Counted from the whole stretch's first letter, positions 11,416 through 24,157 are shown. The stretch is 63,532 nt of DNA, filler included, from Globobulimina sp. (GCA_003354225.1; 42 parts of 42 records of this genome joined end to end with filler, not necessarily neighbours in it), one strand, 5' to 3'. Notes: generated by a model from the sequence alone, not told the origin. Numbers and translations: made by a program.

Positions 11416-11838
11416 ATTCTTTTGTTTCCTTTTTTGCATATTATATTGCAATATTATATTAAATTAATTATTAAATTCTTATAATTATTACGTTTTTAAA
11501 TTGAATGCCTTAATTGTTTGCTTAGGAAATTGTCAGATCGAATTATTGGATTATCACAAGTAGTTTTATTAAGTATATTAACTAGTTTTCGTGTTCCAAA
11601 TTGTATCTTGTTTGTTTATATTGACAAACAACCTTATATTGACATTATCTCAAAAAACACCCCCTGTATGCGGATATGTTTGAACTGCATGGTATGTTTG
11701 TAATATGCATGGTGGTGTTTGGTCATGTTTGCATAGTTCATACATATGCATACATATGTGTGTGCATAGGGTGTTTACTATGTTTTAGTGGTGTATACAG
11801 GGTGTCAACATACACCGGCTGATCCATATATTCAGATA

Positions 11839-11920
11839 TAGATAACCCCACTGTATACCGAATATTTCTCTTACGTTTCCAACAAACGTGAACCGAGATA
11901 ATGGTACACAGCTGGGGGTA
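11839..11920. repeat. Short dispersed element (AGATAACCC family)
   Basis: TAGATAACCCC...CCGAGATAATGGTACACAG..GGGGG is shared with 21328..21377. Confidence 0.6.
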
Positions 11921-12130
11921 AGATGCTACAAAAGTTTTTGTTTACTGTTTTTTTTCTTCAAAACACTAAGAAATCGATGGTTTTGATGGCATTTTACATC
12001 AAATTATTTATAATTTAAATAGATACGATCNNNNNNNNNNNNNNNNNNNNNNNNNNNNNNNNNNNNNNNNNNNNTTAATTAATTAANNNNNNNNNNNNNN
12101 NNNNNNNNNNNNNNNNNNNNNNNNNNNNNN

Positions 12131-12906
12131 TCGAGTATAATCCCCACGCAAACTTTTCCTTTCAAGAGTCAGGAGTGTGTGACAGCGTAATTTCCGACAC
12201 ATTTCGCGCATTTACGAATGAAACAAAATCATGTGTTCCAGTATGCAGTCACACTGTGAATGCGTTTGGATGCCGTGTACATGAATGGAGGGATGGTATT
12301 TGTGACAAAGATTGTAAGTCTGCTGCGTGTTTATATGATGGTGGCGATTGCCATCAGTTGTGTGAATGTGACAATTATTGGCACTTTCTAGGGAATGGTG
12401 AATGTGATTTGTTGTGTAATACTTCAAATTGTAATTGGGATGAAGGTGATTGTATAACCACTATCAATTTTGATGCAGATCGTTGTGAGTTGGAATATGA
12501 GGAACATGGCTGTAATGTAACATGGGTCAATGATAATTGGTGCGACTCAAACTGTAATAATTTAGTCTGTGCCTTTGATGGCGGTGATTGTGAGCACACA
12601 TGCGGCCAGGCTCAACATTGTAGAACGTTATGGGAGTTATTCGATTTTGTTGCGAATTCAGACGATGCAGACAATAAAATATCACAATCCGAGATATGTG
12701 CAGCATGGATATTCCTTAAAAGTGATCCGAGCGTTACAATAAAGAATTGTACACAATTTATGGTGTTGTATGACATAAATAAGGATAATTTGGTGAGCCC
12801 GTATGAGGCATTGACAGGACTGAGTGTAATGTTTGATGTAACTGAGGAAAAAGCGGCGCAAATAGATTGCTCAGATTGTTTGGCTGATCCTGAGGATTAT
12901 TTGTGA
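12131..12906 (+). CDS. LNR (Lin-12/Notch) repeat protein with EF-hands (5' partial)
   Basis: Three CD..C....C..D.GDC repeats, and EF-hand-like loops DDADNKISQSE and DINKDNLVSPYE. Confidence 0.8.
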
Positions 12907-13037
12907 TAATTTATGATGTACTGTATATGTGTCATGTGAATGTGTAAGTTTTTTCGTTCGAGCCAAATTCATCAACAAAACTCTTTTTAATCCACTAACT
13001 CCATCATCCTCCCACGTGTTGAGCCTTATTGCAAATT

Positions 13038-13546
13038 ATGACCGGCATTCTTCACTGCGAATACGTTCGCCGGCACCAAATAATTAGATCGTTTAGAATT
13101 GGATATTTTAATGCAGCAACAGCAACATCATCAACATCAATCCAAGCAGTTATTGCAAAAAAAGCAATCCTTAAAAAATTAAATCTCTTGAATTTAGATA
13201 AAAAATCGACAATAAACCAATGGATTGATTTAAAATTAATAAATAAAAACAATGGTTTAGAATATGTTGAAGATCACGCATTGATTCAATCAAACACTAC
13301 AATTACAGTCAAATTAAAGCCAACAACTTATAAAAGAATTAAATATTACAAACAAATAAATATCAACAATACCATTTTAAATACAAACAACAATAACCAT
13401 ACAAATCCAAACACAAAAACCGATACAAACACCATTGCAAATACTAATTATAACAACAATAACAATGAATTTATATCTTCAGCCGACAAGCAACGAATTG
13501 GTCAATGGCATAATAATTTAAGTTTAGATTTATTGCCGTTATCCGT
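13038..13546 (+). CDS. DWNN (RBBP6/Mpe1-type ubiquitin-like) domain protein (3' partial)
   Basis: DLKLINKNNGLEYVEDHALIQSNTTITVKLKP resembles the DWNN consensus DL.I.NA.T.EEY.DD..LIP.NTSVIVRR.P. Confidence 0.6.
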
Positions 13547-13648
13547 NNNNNNNNNNNNNNNNNNNNNNNNNNNNNNNNNNNNNNNNNNNNTTAATTAATT
13601 AANNNNNNNNNNNNNNNNNNNNNNNNNNNNNNNNNNNNNNNNNNNNTT

Positions 13649-14203
13649 AAATTTGCAGGAGCTACGAAAGAACATATAAATGCGGATGTTGTCGTTATTA
13701 AAAACATTGTTAGCAAATACAGCAAATATGCATTTGTTTGGAGCAAAACTGACACAGAAAGACATACTTTGTGGAGTGTGCGGAAAAATACATTTTGGGC
13801 GGGAAAATTTGCACATCCCGGATTGAATAAAATATCCACAGATGTTGCAGTGCCGTATAGTAATTTTAGTAAATGTGTGGAACAATGCAAAATGGAAATG
13901 GATAAAAGTTTTTTATACTGTAACATTGTTGGACATATTGGTGACGGTAATTGGCATGCGGGCATTTTTTATGATGCAAATAGGGAGAAACAGGTGGAAG
14001 AATGTCATCGATTGATGGATTTTATTGTAGATTGTGCATTGGAGTTAGAGGGGACATGTACTGCGGAGCACGGGATAGGGAAAAATAAAAAGAAATTCCT
14101 TTATAAAGAGCTTGGTAATAATGCTGTTCAATTGATGCAGTCATTGAAAAGACAGCTTGATCCGAATGGAATACTTTGTCCTGGCAATGTGGTCGATATT
14201 TAA
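13649..14203 (+). CDS. FAD-linked D-lactate dehydrogenase, C-terminal part
   Basis: STDVAVP, GHIGDGNWH, GTCTAEHGIG and LDPNGILCPG motifs. Confidence 0.88.
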   Translation, partial: KFAGATKEHINADVVVIKNIVSKYSKYAFVWSKTDTERHTLWSVRKNTFWAGKFAHPGLNKISTDVAVPYSNFSKCVEQCKMEMDKSFLYCNIVGHIGDGNWHAGIFYDANREKQVEECHRLMDFIVDCALELEGTCTAEHGIGKNKKKFLYKELGNNAVQLMQSLKRQLDPNGILCPGNVVDI

Positions 14204-14590
14204 TGATTTTACATCAGTCACACAGACTCACACTTCGATCTGAGACAAACACATACAATATATTTACGTTTTTCTTTTGTGTTTTCGATTTCGATTCCGT
14301 TCCCAGGTTATAACAAACACAGAACAAACCCAAGACAAACCTATAGCAAACCGTGTCTGGATTTGCAAAGCGTTTCCTTTTGGAATATCTCGTTGAAAGT
14401 TTCAAACACAAAAAATCAGTTTTTTTCCGTTACAAAATAGTTTTTTCCGATAAAGCAAAAATGTCTATTGAATGGATGAAATTGAAAATCGGAAAAATGT
14501 ATCGCATTGATGTTAATTAAAGAGCGATATATAAACAACTGTTAGTTCACAAAAATGTGCATGAGTGATATCACGATAAATATCTAAATT

Positions 14591-15062
14591 CTAATTATCA
14601 TCAATGCCAATCACTGGAAATTGTTTTGCAAAATTACCAATTTCAGATTTCAGTCCTTGAATATCATTTTGATGTTTATCCATTCCATTCTGTCGAACAT
14701 TGTTTGCTAAAACTTTTATATCCCCCAAATAATCAATTATCTCTTTAAAATCATCGCCATTCAATCCACGCGTTGTCATTGCATTGCTACTCAATCTAAA
14801 CTCATTCATACTTGCATCATAAAACAGTTCCATATTTACTTTATTAGCAACCTCATAATCTACAACGTCCATATCACAGACACCTCCTCCAAACAAAACA
14901 CAATGGCCATTATTTGTATTCACAATGTTTTTATTATCCAATGCATTTTGCATAGCTGTCGCATTTTCTATCCCTCGCTGCTGATATCCAATAAACTCAT
15001 CAGTCATTGCCATTTTTAATGAAGTAGCCATGGCAGATATTGCATGGTTATGTGGTCCGCCT
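14591..15062 (-). CDS. Serine hydroxymethyltransferase-like protein, divergent C-terminal part
   Basis: GGPHNHAISAMATSLK at the contig edge, ..EF..YQ, RLSSNAMTTRGL...DF and FAKQFPVIG. Confidence 0.8.
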
Positions 15063-15162
15063 NNNNNNNNNNNNNNNNNNNNNNNNNNNNNNNNNNNNNN
15101 NNNNNNTTAATTAATTAANNNNNNNNNNNNNNNNNNNNNNNNNNNNNNNNNNNNNNNNNNNN

Positions 15163-16267
15163 ATTGAGTAATAACAATATTACCAAATAATAAAGATTCC
15201 CAAACTCGGAATGTGTCCAATCCATTTCCAAATAACGCAAAACTAAATACATACTTTTTCCTCCTTTCATATTGTTCATATTGTGATATTCTACCTTTTT
15301 GATAATAAATTAAAGTTTGATTTGATATATTTTTGATTGATTGCATTGCATACGCCCTATATTCGTATTTTTTATGTCTCATTTTAAAGATAGAATCACT
15401 GCGATTTGATAAATTTGTTTGATAGTAATGATGCACATAATCAGTGCCCATTATTTCATTCCATTTGTTTAGATAACGATGATAAGCTCTCTGTGATTTT
15501 ATACCATGGTCATTATATATTTTAAACTCTCTGTGATTATATTTATCAGTATAGATCATTTCATTTAAAATGTCAGATATTCTCCGTTCTTGCATAGCTA
15601 CGGAATCATTAACTCCTGGAAACGCTCGTTTTCCTCTAATCCCAACTCGTAAACATAATCCGAGTGGTATTTCTTTAACGATATGTGGCAGACTGCCATC
15701 GTGATTAACAGTGAATATATATAATAAATATTTATTGCGTATCAACTGTGCGAAAGCGCGACATTTCGAATGGAAATAATTTGAATGCAAATAATCGATT
15801 GGAGTGTACCAATCATTGAATGGGATTATAATCAATGAAAAATATGTTTGAATGGATGGCAAAATGTGTCTGACAAAAAAACAAATTGTATAGTATTGAA
15901 TGGCTACAATATCACCATCAGACATATTAAGAAATAGATTTTGTGCAAGATCTAAATGCACCATTTTAGTATATTTACGTTGCTCTTCATCAATTTCTGG
16001 ATGAATATCAGCAATTAAACCAAACCGAGGTCTGAAAATAAAATTTGTAAAATTATTTCTCTGATTAATCGTGTATAATGTACTCCCATTACTCCTTGAT
16101 CTCGAGACTGTGTACATATCAAATGATGAAAAAAAAACTACAGGAACGGACCACAATATAGTCGATATGGACAATGCGAAGAATATACGAGCTTGCTTTG
16201 ACACTGGCATCAGTGGCATGATGGTTGTGTGAGTTGGGTCAATAAAGTGTTTTGTATTTTGTTCCAT
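15163..16267 (-). CDS. Type II membrane exostosin/GT47-like glycosyltransferase (3' partial)
   Basis: N-terminal TM anchor, IPLG, and YVFSFALFGNGLDTFRVWESLLFGNI. Confidence 0.65.
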
Positions 16268-17035
16268 TATTTCTTCAAAACACTATCAAGCAGACAGCAG
16301 CTGAGAATATACATATATCTTTACTTTAGAACATTCTTTTTTTGAAACATAATTAATTTTAAAATTTTTGAACTGCAAACATCTCAAAACATGTCATGTA
16401 AGTTGCACCAACGCAATTTAAGTCAACAGGTATGTATATAATGAGCGGTTTGTGGCAATTTTCAAAATATCTTATCGTTATGTTCTGTAATCATTTGCAT
16501 TATATGTTGAATCTTAGTAATAACGACATCACATACAAAATGCGTACCGTCTTTCGTCTGATCATATAGCGATCGATGNNNNNNNNNNNNNNNNNNNNNN
16601 NNNNNNNNNNNNNNNNNNNNNNTTAATTAATTAANNNNNNNNNNNNNNNNNNNNNNNNNNNNNNNNNNNNNNNNNNNNAAAATAAAAATGAATACTAATT
16701 ACACAATAATATTAGGAAAGTTATTTTATTTTAATTTAATTTATATATTGATAATGTATCTGGACATTTACCAGGTCGTCGTGGATGACTATATTCCATT
16801 TTATTCACAGTCCAACCTTTTACACCAAATCTTTGTTTATTTGATGTTATTTTAATTTAATTTAATTTAATTTTATTAAAGCAGTTTTTCTAAAAAAAAA
16901 ACTGTGGACAGATGACGTCGCGATCGTTTCTAGTCTCACTGATCATTTTATTTGGTACATTTAATTTGCTGAATACACCTAACAACAACAATTAAAAACA
17001 TATTAAAACAATATATAAACATATTAAAATTAAGA

Positions 17036-17809
17036 CATCACAGAATCAGTCAAGATCACCGTATCAGCACCCGACGATTTCACGGATTGGACCTATTTAT
17101 GCACTGGTTATGATGAATGCCACTCGTACAGCTTCATTTGCCCAACAAATGCCAACTGTCATATTGGTTGTTTAAGCAGTGCTGCTTGTTATGATGCACA
17201 AGCAACCTGGCCAATAAATGGAAGTGGTACTCTGGAATGCAACGGCGGCAGACAGGCGTGCAAAGGCATGAATTTCCCAGTTCCCCCACCGTATGAAAAT
17301 TACGTCGTAAATTGTGACCAGCAAAATGAATGCGGTTCCACAACAATACATTGTCCGCTGTACGGTGATTGTACCATTAATTGTCTTGCTACACAAGCGT
17401 GCAATGTAGGAACGGCAGCAATATATTGGCATTATGACAGTGTGAATAAACCATTATCGATTTTAAATTGCCTCGATGCCGAGGCCTGTGGCGGAGTGGC
17501 TGTGCCACCCACTCCAACCATACCGGTCGGTACCCAAATTTATTTAGATAGCGGACCAATATACTTACCGGATCATCCCAACACAGCAGATGGGCAAACC
17601 TATTATTATTCCGATGTTGAAATTGAATTTGATGTCATGATTCATGATGCCTCGAGAACAGATATCGCGGATTATAAATTGTTTGGTATTGGCGCACCGA
17701 ATGGCTGTAATTATAGATACCCACTGATTTTAATAGATTCTTCTGCAGGCGCAAGAACTCCAGGTACTGTACATCCCGATATATATAACAGTTTATGTGA
17801 CCACTCTAA
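17036..17809 (+). CDS. Cys-rich extracellular protein, exons of a multi-intron gene
   Basis: Repeated C-x4-C spacing (CDQQNECGSTTIHCPLYGDCTINC..QAC) flanked by AT-rich intron-like sequence. Boundaries are approximate. Confidence 0.5.
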
Positions 17810-18194
17810 GTAAATTTTTTTACTTTAAAAAAAATCGAGTACTCTGAAAAAACTTTAGGATGCCGAATAAATTTGTTTTTTTCGTTTGAATAATGTGCAA
17901 AACAAATGCCGATCCACTAAAAAGCAAAATTAATGTTGTAATTGCAAAAAGGTCAAGTTATTTTAAGTTGGTTTAAAATTAATCAATGTTCGGGTGCCAC
18001 GACTACTGCCTTTACATTTGAATTAAATCAATTGAAGCGTGTTTATATACGTTGTACATTGAATTATCTGTATTTTGAAATTAATGGAATTGAANNNNNN
18101 NNNNNNNNNNNNNNNNNNNNNNNNNNNNNNNNNNNNNNTTAATTAATTAANNNNNNNNNNNNNNNNNNNNNNNNNNNNNNNNNNNNNNNNNNNN

Positions 18195-19449
18195 TATTTA
18201 CACTAAAATCTTTTAAATGTGTCATTTCACGCCACCAATATGAGGGAATATATAATATGTCACCTTTCGATAAGACACAATGATACATATTATCACATAA
18301 CACTTGATTGGAAATATTAAAATGTTTAAATAATCCCGATGGATATTCGCAATTTACCATTGACTGTCTATAACAACGATGTCCATAAGGAAACGGATAC
18401 AAATATGGCGTTGCTATTGGCGAAAATAATATTATTTCTGTACATCCATTGATTGATACGATTATATTATCTCTTTCTTTATATTTCAAAGGTATCACGC
18501 ATCCCGCACTTGAAATGCATAAATAGTTTGATATTAATCCGGATGCTTGGCATTGTTTCAATATATCGCATGCATAATATTTATGTAAGAGACTGGATGT
18601 TGTTTCTAAATAATAATAATGTCTGAGATAATTATTTATGAATTCATGCATTGGCATTTCCATTATTTCTTCCTGTCGTTGTTGTTGTGGCGGTTGCTGC
18701 TCTCTGAAATGTCTGCATTTTGATATTTGTACTTTACATAAATTATTTGATAATTTATTTGCTAAATATTGTGCATTCCATGTCGTTGGTATTTGGGCCA
18801 ATAAATGAGTTCCACGCACAATGCACGGCTGCTTTTCATCAAAATATTTGACAAAATCATTATTATTCAATGACACATCAACAATGGCAATATCTTTATA
18901 TTTAAATCCATTTTGTCCATAATTTGTTTTATATTCTGGTTGCTGTGTAATGTCAGATTCTAATATTTGAATAGAATCAATTTTATCAGTTTGCTGCTTC
19001 TCATTTGCTGTTGGTTCACTTTCCACTCTTTTTATTTGTTGACTGCGTGCATCGTTTTTGGTGGATTTCTGTTTTGATTTATTGTTTTTACTCTTTTTAT
19101 TTGATTTATTTTGTGATGATTTGTGATCATTGTTATTTTTATTTTTTTTATTTGCTATTTTGTTATTTTTACTTGATTTGTGTTGTTTCATTTCAATTTG
19201 TTGTTGTGATGGTTGACCATTATCATTCTCATTGTCATTTATTAATTCCTTTGTTCTTTTAATTAAATATGCTTTCAAATATGCGCTTTTTATCTTTGGT
19301 ATTTTTAGATCACTTTGGCATATTTCATTTATATCATCCCATTGCTTTTCGGATGCCAATAAAACTAAAACCTCCTCACTCTCTGCAACCTCATCAGTCC
19401 ACAAGTTCCCAATTCCTTGTTTAACAAACCAGTCTTGTAACGTCTCCAT
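18195..19449 (-). CDS. JmjC (FIH/HIF1AN-like) protein, probably catalytically inactive (3' partial)
   Basis: PCIVRG..W...YL, LFSP...YLYPFP.GH...RQSMVN and LSKGDILYIPSYWW. Confidence 0.8.
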
Positions 19450-19710
19450 TATAAACTCAAAAAACTGCAGCTACGCCGAGTGCCTACCTTTATATTAAGT
19501 AGCGCATTTTCGAACTGTTTTTAAAACTTACTCAGCAAACACTTTCTAATTTAACCATGTTGACTTCCTACCAAATTATTCTGGCACTTTCCTACATCCC
19601 AGCAATACAANNNNNNNNNNNNNNNNNNNNNNNNNNNNNNNNNNNNNNNNNNNNTTAATTAATTAANNNNNNNNNNNNNNNNNNNNNNNNNNNNNNNNNN
19701 NNNNNNNNNN

Positions 19711-21126
19711 ATTACGCATTTGCAGAGTCTACAAAAGCAAAAAGGGAAAATATCAATAAATGATTTTTGGGCAATACATACAAAAATGGGGAAGAGATCA
19801 AAAATAAAATCTGATAATCTCAAATCATGGCTAACTGATAGCGTACAAGTTTTGTTTAATGGACAAGATTTTGTAGAAAATGTGTGGAAGAAAAAACCAA
19901 TTTCAGTGAAATTTGCTGAGAATTTTTGTGCATTTTGTTATAAAAAATTTCATTCCAAAAAAGCTGTAGCAACACATCGCAGAAAATGTAAGAAGTTTAT
20001 CAGAAAAAAGAATGCACAGATTAAAAGAAAAAAATATCATGTTACAAGTTATGATGCTGTCAAAAGACATCAAATTTATGTTACAAGCAAGGATCCTGCA
20101 AAATATGATCCTGCCAAAAGACATCAAATTTATGTTACAAGCAAGGATCCTGCAAAATATGAGCCTGCCAAAAGACACAAAATTCATGTTGCAACTTATG
20201 ACCCTGTTGACAGGCATGAAAAGTATGAAAAAAAAGAAAAAGAAAAAAACATTAAAACAGACAAAGAAAAAAATGAAGAAGAAAGACTAGCTTACTGGAA
20301 AGCAGGCAATCCAGAGAATAAATTACATGACCAACCGTTTACTAAAAAAGCAACACTCAAATTTCATGAAAAACAAAAAAAATACCATTTAATACAATGT
20401 CAAGAATGTTTTGAGCGATGGTATAGAGCTTTAAATTTAAAATTTATACAAGAAAAGAAGCATCATTGCAGTGGGTGTGCAGAATATTGTCCACAAAACA
20501 CAATACCATATTATTGCCAAAAATGTAAAACTGGAGGATTTTATTGTAATACTTGTGTGAATGAAAGAAAAAGCAAAAAATGTGAAAACGTAAAATGCCA
20601 AAAACAAAACAAAAAATCTGGCTCAAAAATATTACAAAAATACATTTGTTCAAAATGTGAGTTACAATTGAAAAAAATTAAATGTAAAAATCCAGAATTT
20701 TCAGTTACATTGTTTGGAAAAGCAAATAATATGCACCCAGGTACTTTCCCAAAATTCGTACAAGAGATGACAATGATAGAAAGATTATTGATTTCTCCAA
20801 TAATTCACAAAGCACCCATTTATAGAGTTAAAGGAGGATCTCACCGTTATGCTGGAAATATTATTAATTTCATACAACATACTGAAGAAATTATTGAAGA
20901 ACTTCCTCGATTGCCGCAAGATTTAAAGATATTAATTATTAGGAGCTCACAAAACAGTTTAAAAAAAAATAAAATTTTTGAAATTAATCGGCAACGTGTA
21001 CGCGAATTTTGTCATTGGGCAGTTAATCAAAACTTACCAGGATGGAATAAAATTCGAATCTCTGAAGAAAATATTAATAAATTACCAGTAAATGGTGTAC
21101 CTGAAAATCTACCGACGATAATAGAT
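19711..21126 (+). mobile_element. Helitron-type Rep-helicase ORF, N-terminal region (zinc fingers and DUF6570-like domain)
   Basis: MHPG.FP..VQEMTMIERLLISP..IYRVKGG..YAGNIINFIQ..LPRLP..FEINRQRV..W is the conserved region upstream of Helitron Rep. Intronless ORF with a C2HC finger and CxxC pairs. Confidence 0.8.
20062..20190 (+). repeat. 54-bp coding tandem repeat (KRHQIYVTSKDPAKYDPA)
   Basis: Two near-identical units plus partial copies. Confidence 0.85.
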
Positions 21127-21327
21127 NNNNNNNNNNNNNNNNNNNNNNNNNNNNNNNNNNNNNNNNNNNNTTAATTAATTAANNNNNNNNNNNNNNNNNN
21201 NNNNNNNNNNNNNNNNNNNNNNNNNNAAATGATATTGAGTCATCTTCTTGTTGTGAAACTGTCATGATAGAGATAGAGATAGAGTTGCTTGTTTGATGAA
21301 AATGAGTGTTTTTTTTTCAGATAGATA

Positions 21328-21377
21328 AGATAACCCACCTCCCGAGATAATGGTAGACAGGGGGCAGGGGGTTATCT
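21328..21377. mobile_element. 50-bp element with 9-bp terminal inverted repeats AGATAACCC/GGGTTATCT
   Basis: The inverted repeats are directly visible. The ends and core recur on other contigs. Confidence 0.55.
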
Positions 21378-21595
21378 TTAATAGCATCGTTAAATGTAAA
21401 TTGTTACTCTGTGACTATACAAACAGGACAAACTGCACAAACTTATGGCAAACCTTACTGGTTTGTTGGGTTTGCAACTTTTTGTATGTTTGTTAGGTTT
21501 TTGTCGTGTACAAATATTTGACATTTTTCCGTTTGATTGATAAAAAAAAAAAAATAATTAATAATTCAAAATTAATTCAATTAAACAATTTAAAA

Positions 21596-22642
21596 TTACA
21601 TATCAATTTTTCTTTTCTTCCTTGGAGGTTCTTCTTTCGTTTTTGATGAAAAATATTGTTCTAAATAATACATTTTTTGGTCACCAATTCTCGATAATAA
21701 ACAGAATGTATTTTCTAATTCCAACACAATATGATGATTCTTTGGATCATAATGAATATCTTGATTCATATCATCAAAGACATCAACATCATCGTCATTG
21801 CTAAAAGTATCAGTTTCCTCTTCATTCACACATTCATTTTCTGGCAATATTGGCAATGGTGGCAATTCAATGTAATCTGCTCCCGGATATGATTCCCGTT
21901 TCTCTCGGCAAACTTTAACAAATATCTCGCCACTAAATATCATAACTGTTTCGCCCACGTTATAAATAATGATTGCTGCAAATTCATAATCACTAAAACA
22001 TTGCAAATATCATTGGTATCCCAAACATATGCTGGTTTTAACACAGCTAACAATAATGGCTCGATCGCATACTCATATTCAAGCTCTTCAGCCTTTTCTC
22101 TCCACATTACTTTTAACGCTGCATAGGTTGAATCAATTCCTTTTAAAACAGAAACAATATCTTCAACACCGTATGCTTTCAATATATTCTTATCACTATT
22201 CAAACCTCGCAATTTCATAAATTTGAATATAACTTTCCAATTTGCACTTTTCTCTTTTACTGTTTTTGCAAATATATTAATGAATGTTTCTTCAGGTCCT
22301 CGGGTTGTATATGGTTTAAATAAATCATTCCAATTCGAGTCGCATTTGATTGCAGTAACAAATACAAAAATTAATAATTGATTGGTTGATGCGTATCTTA
22401 CAAATTCACGTAATACTTCCATTGGTCGTGGTTTGTTATTGTTTTTTTTTTTTACAAATTTATATTTTTTATTGTGTGATTTGGTTGCTTGTTGTGGTTG
22501 TTGTGCTTTTTGATATTGATTGATAACATTACGAGCTGAAATTGTGGCATTCGGTGCAGAATACACCATTGCGCCCGCATTATTGTTGTTAAATGATGAT
22601 CTGAGGGCATTTGGTTCGTGTGATGGAGCAGTATATACAGCT
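21596..22642 (-). CDS. Hypothetical protein in two overlapping frames (frameshift near 22000)
   Basis: ORFs 21940..22569 and 21596..22006 overlap. The second ends in an NLS-like PPRKKRK. Confidence 0.4.
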
Positions 22643-22999
22643 NNNNNNNNNNNNNNNNNNNNNNNNNNNNNNNNNNNNNNNNNNNNTTAATTAATTAANN
22701 NNNNNNNNNNNNNNNNNNNNNNNNNNNNNNNNNNNNNNNNNNTAACTGTTTTTATAGATTTCAAGAAATCAGAATTTTCCAAGTCCGTACATAATGAATT
22801 GGTTCAATGCTACCAGAATATAAAAAATGGTGCTTTACAGTACATCCAAGCTTCAATAGATCGACAACATATTGGCAAAACAGGAAGTTGTTAAGTAAAG
22901 TAACTTAAGTTTCACTGTTTTTTTGTTTTTTACATTTCACTTTAACTTAAGTCTGAAAACTTTATTTAGATTTTAGCCCCGAAGAAAAGGAAGCAAATG

Positions 23000-24157
23000 A
23001 AATTAATACCACCGAATACGATTTAGTAGCATGCGCTCATCGCATCAAAAAACAACTGGCTTTATACAACAAATATTATGACGATTTATCTAAAATAAAA
23101 TTTATTCAATTATTCCATACAAATTCCTATTCGTTGACTTTACTGATGAATGATTTTATGCATCTCTGGGAACAGCATGACAGTGATCAATCCCTCGACA
23201 TCTTGGACTTCGTTCAATGCAATAACTCGCAATGCAGATCCACCAAAAGACGGTTTTTATCACAAAAATTGTATAAAAATGCAACGTTGAAACATTTCAT
23301 TAGAAAATATAACATCAGCTATTCTGATATTGTATTACTTGAATACTTTGATTTGATTCATTCATACTTTCAACACATTCATCAAACACAAAATCAATTC
23401 AATTCGACAGAGACATTTAATAAATTTGGCAGTATAATCAATATCGACGCTGTTGACTGCAAACAACCATCAAAAACGCAAATAAGTGGAACTTTTTCAT
23501 TTGGCAAAAAATTTTGGTATTGGAAATATTTCCGCGAATATCCGACTTATATCGCAAATTTTAAATATAACTCCTTGAAACAAGAAATGTTAACCAATGA
23601 ATATTGCTGCATTGAATTGAATCAATTTAGCCTCACATTACAAAAGGCATTGAAATTAATACAGACCAACAAAGCCAGACAAATAAAGGCAATGTGGAAT
23701 GGTGCCAATAATATGTACGAAATCCCGGCTGATCTACCCCTCACAACCTCGCATATGATGGTATTGTTATTTTATTGCAATTATTTCCAAGTTCAAGGCC
23801 AATTTAAAAAGCATGCAACACGAAAGAAATTAGGCTGTCCCAATGAGGACTGGGTCAATGATGTAATGCCGCGACACAAAAAAGTGGCGAATTTCTTCAA
23901 GTTACTCACTGAAATTGTAATATTTTTCGGAGAAATAGCGCCTACAGATTTGGTATTGTATCATGGCTTGAATGTACAGTTACTTTTCAATCAGTTTTGC
24001 CCGGTATTTGAAGCAGCGATTAGTACCACCACTGATGTCCACACTGCCTATACATTCTGCAAAAAGAAAGGTGTTATTCTTGGATTATCTCCGTCGAATA
24101 CTTCTGGCGATTTATTTTTTAATGTGGAGTGTTTCAGCGCTTATCCCGAACAAAAGG
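23000..24157 (+). CDS. ADP-ribosyltransferase-fold family member (3' partial)
   Basis: FSFGKKFWYW, KYNSLKQEM, LLFYCNY, LYHG, AISTTT..AYTF, GVIL and FSAYPEQK, collinear with the 9099 protein. The start is approximate. Confidence 0.7.

Noticed and set aside
12175-12906. Notch receptor
   Set aside because: No EGF, TM or ankyrin regions; the protein ends after the EF-hands.
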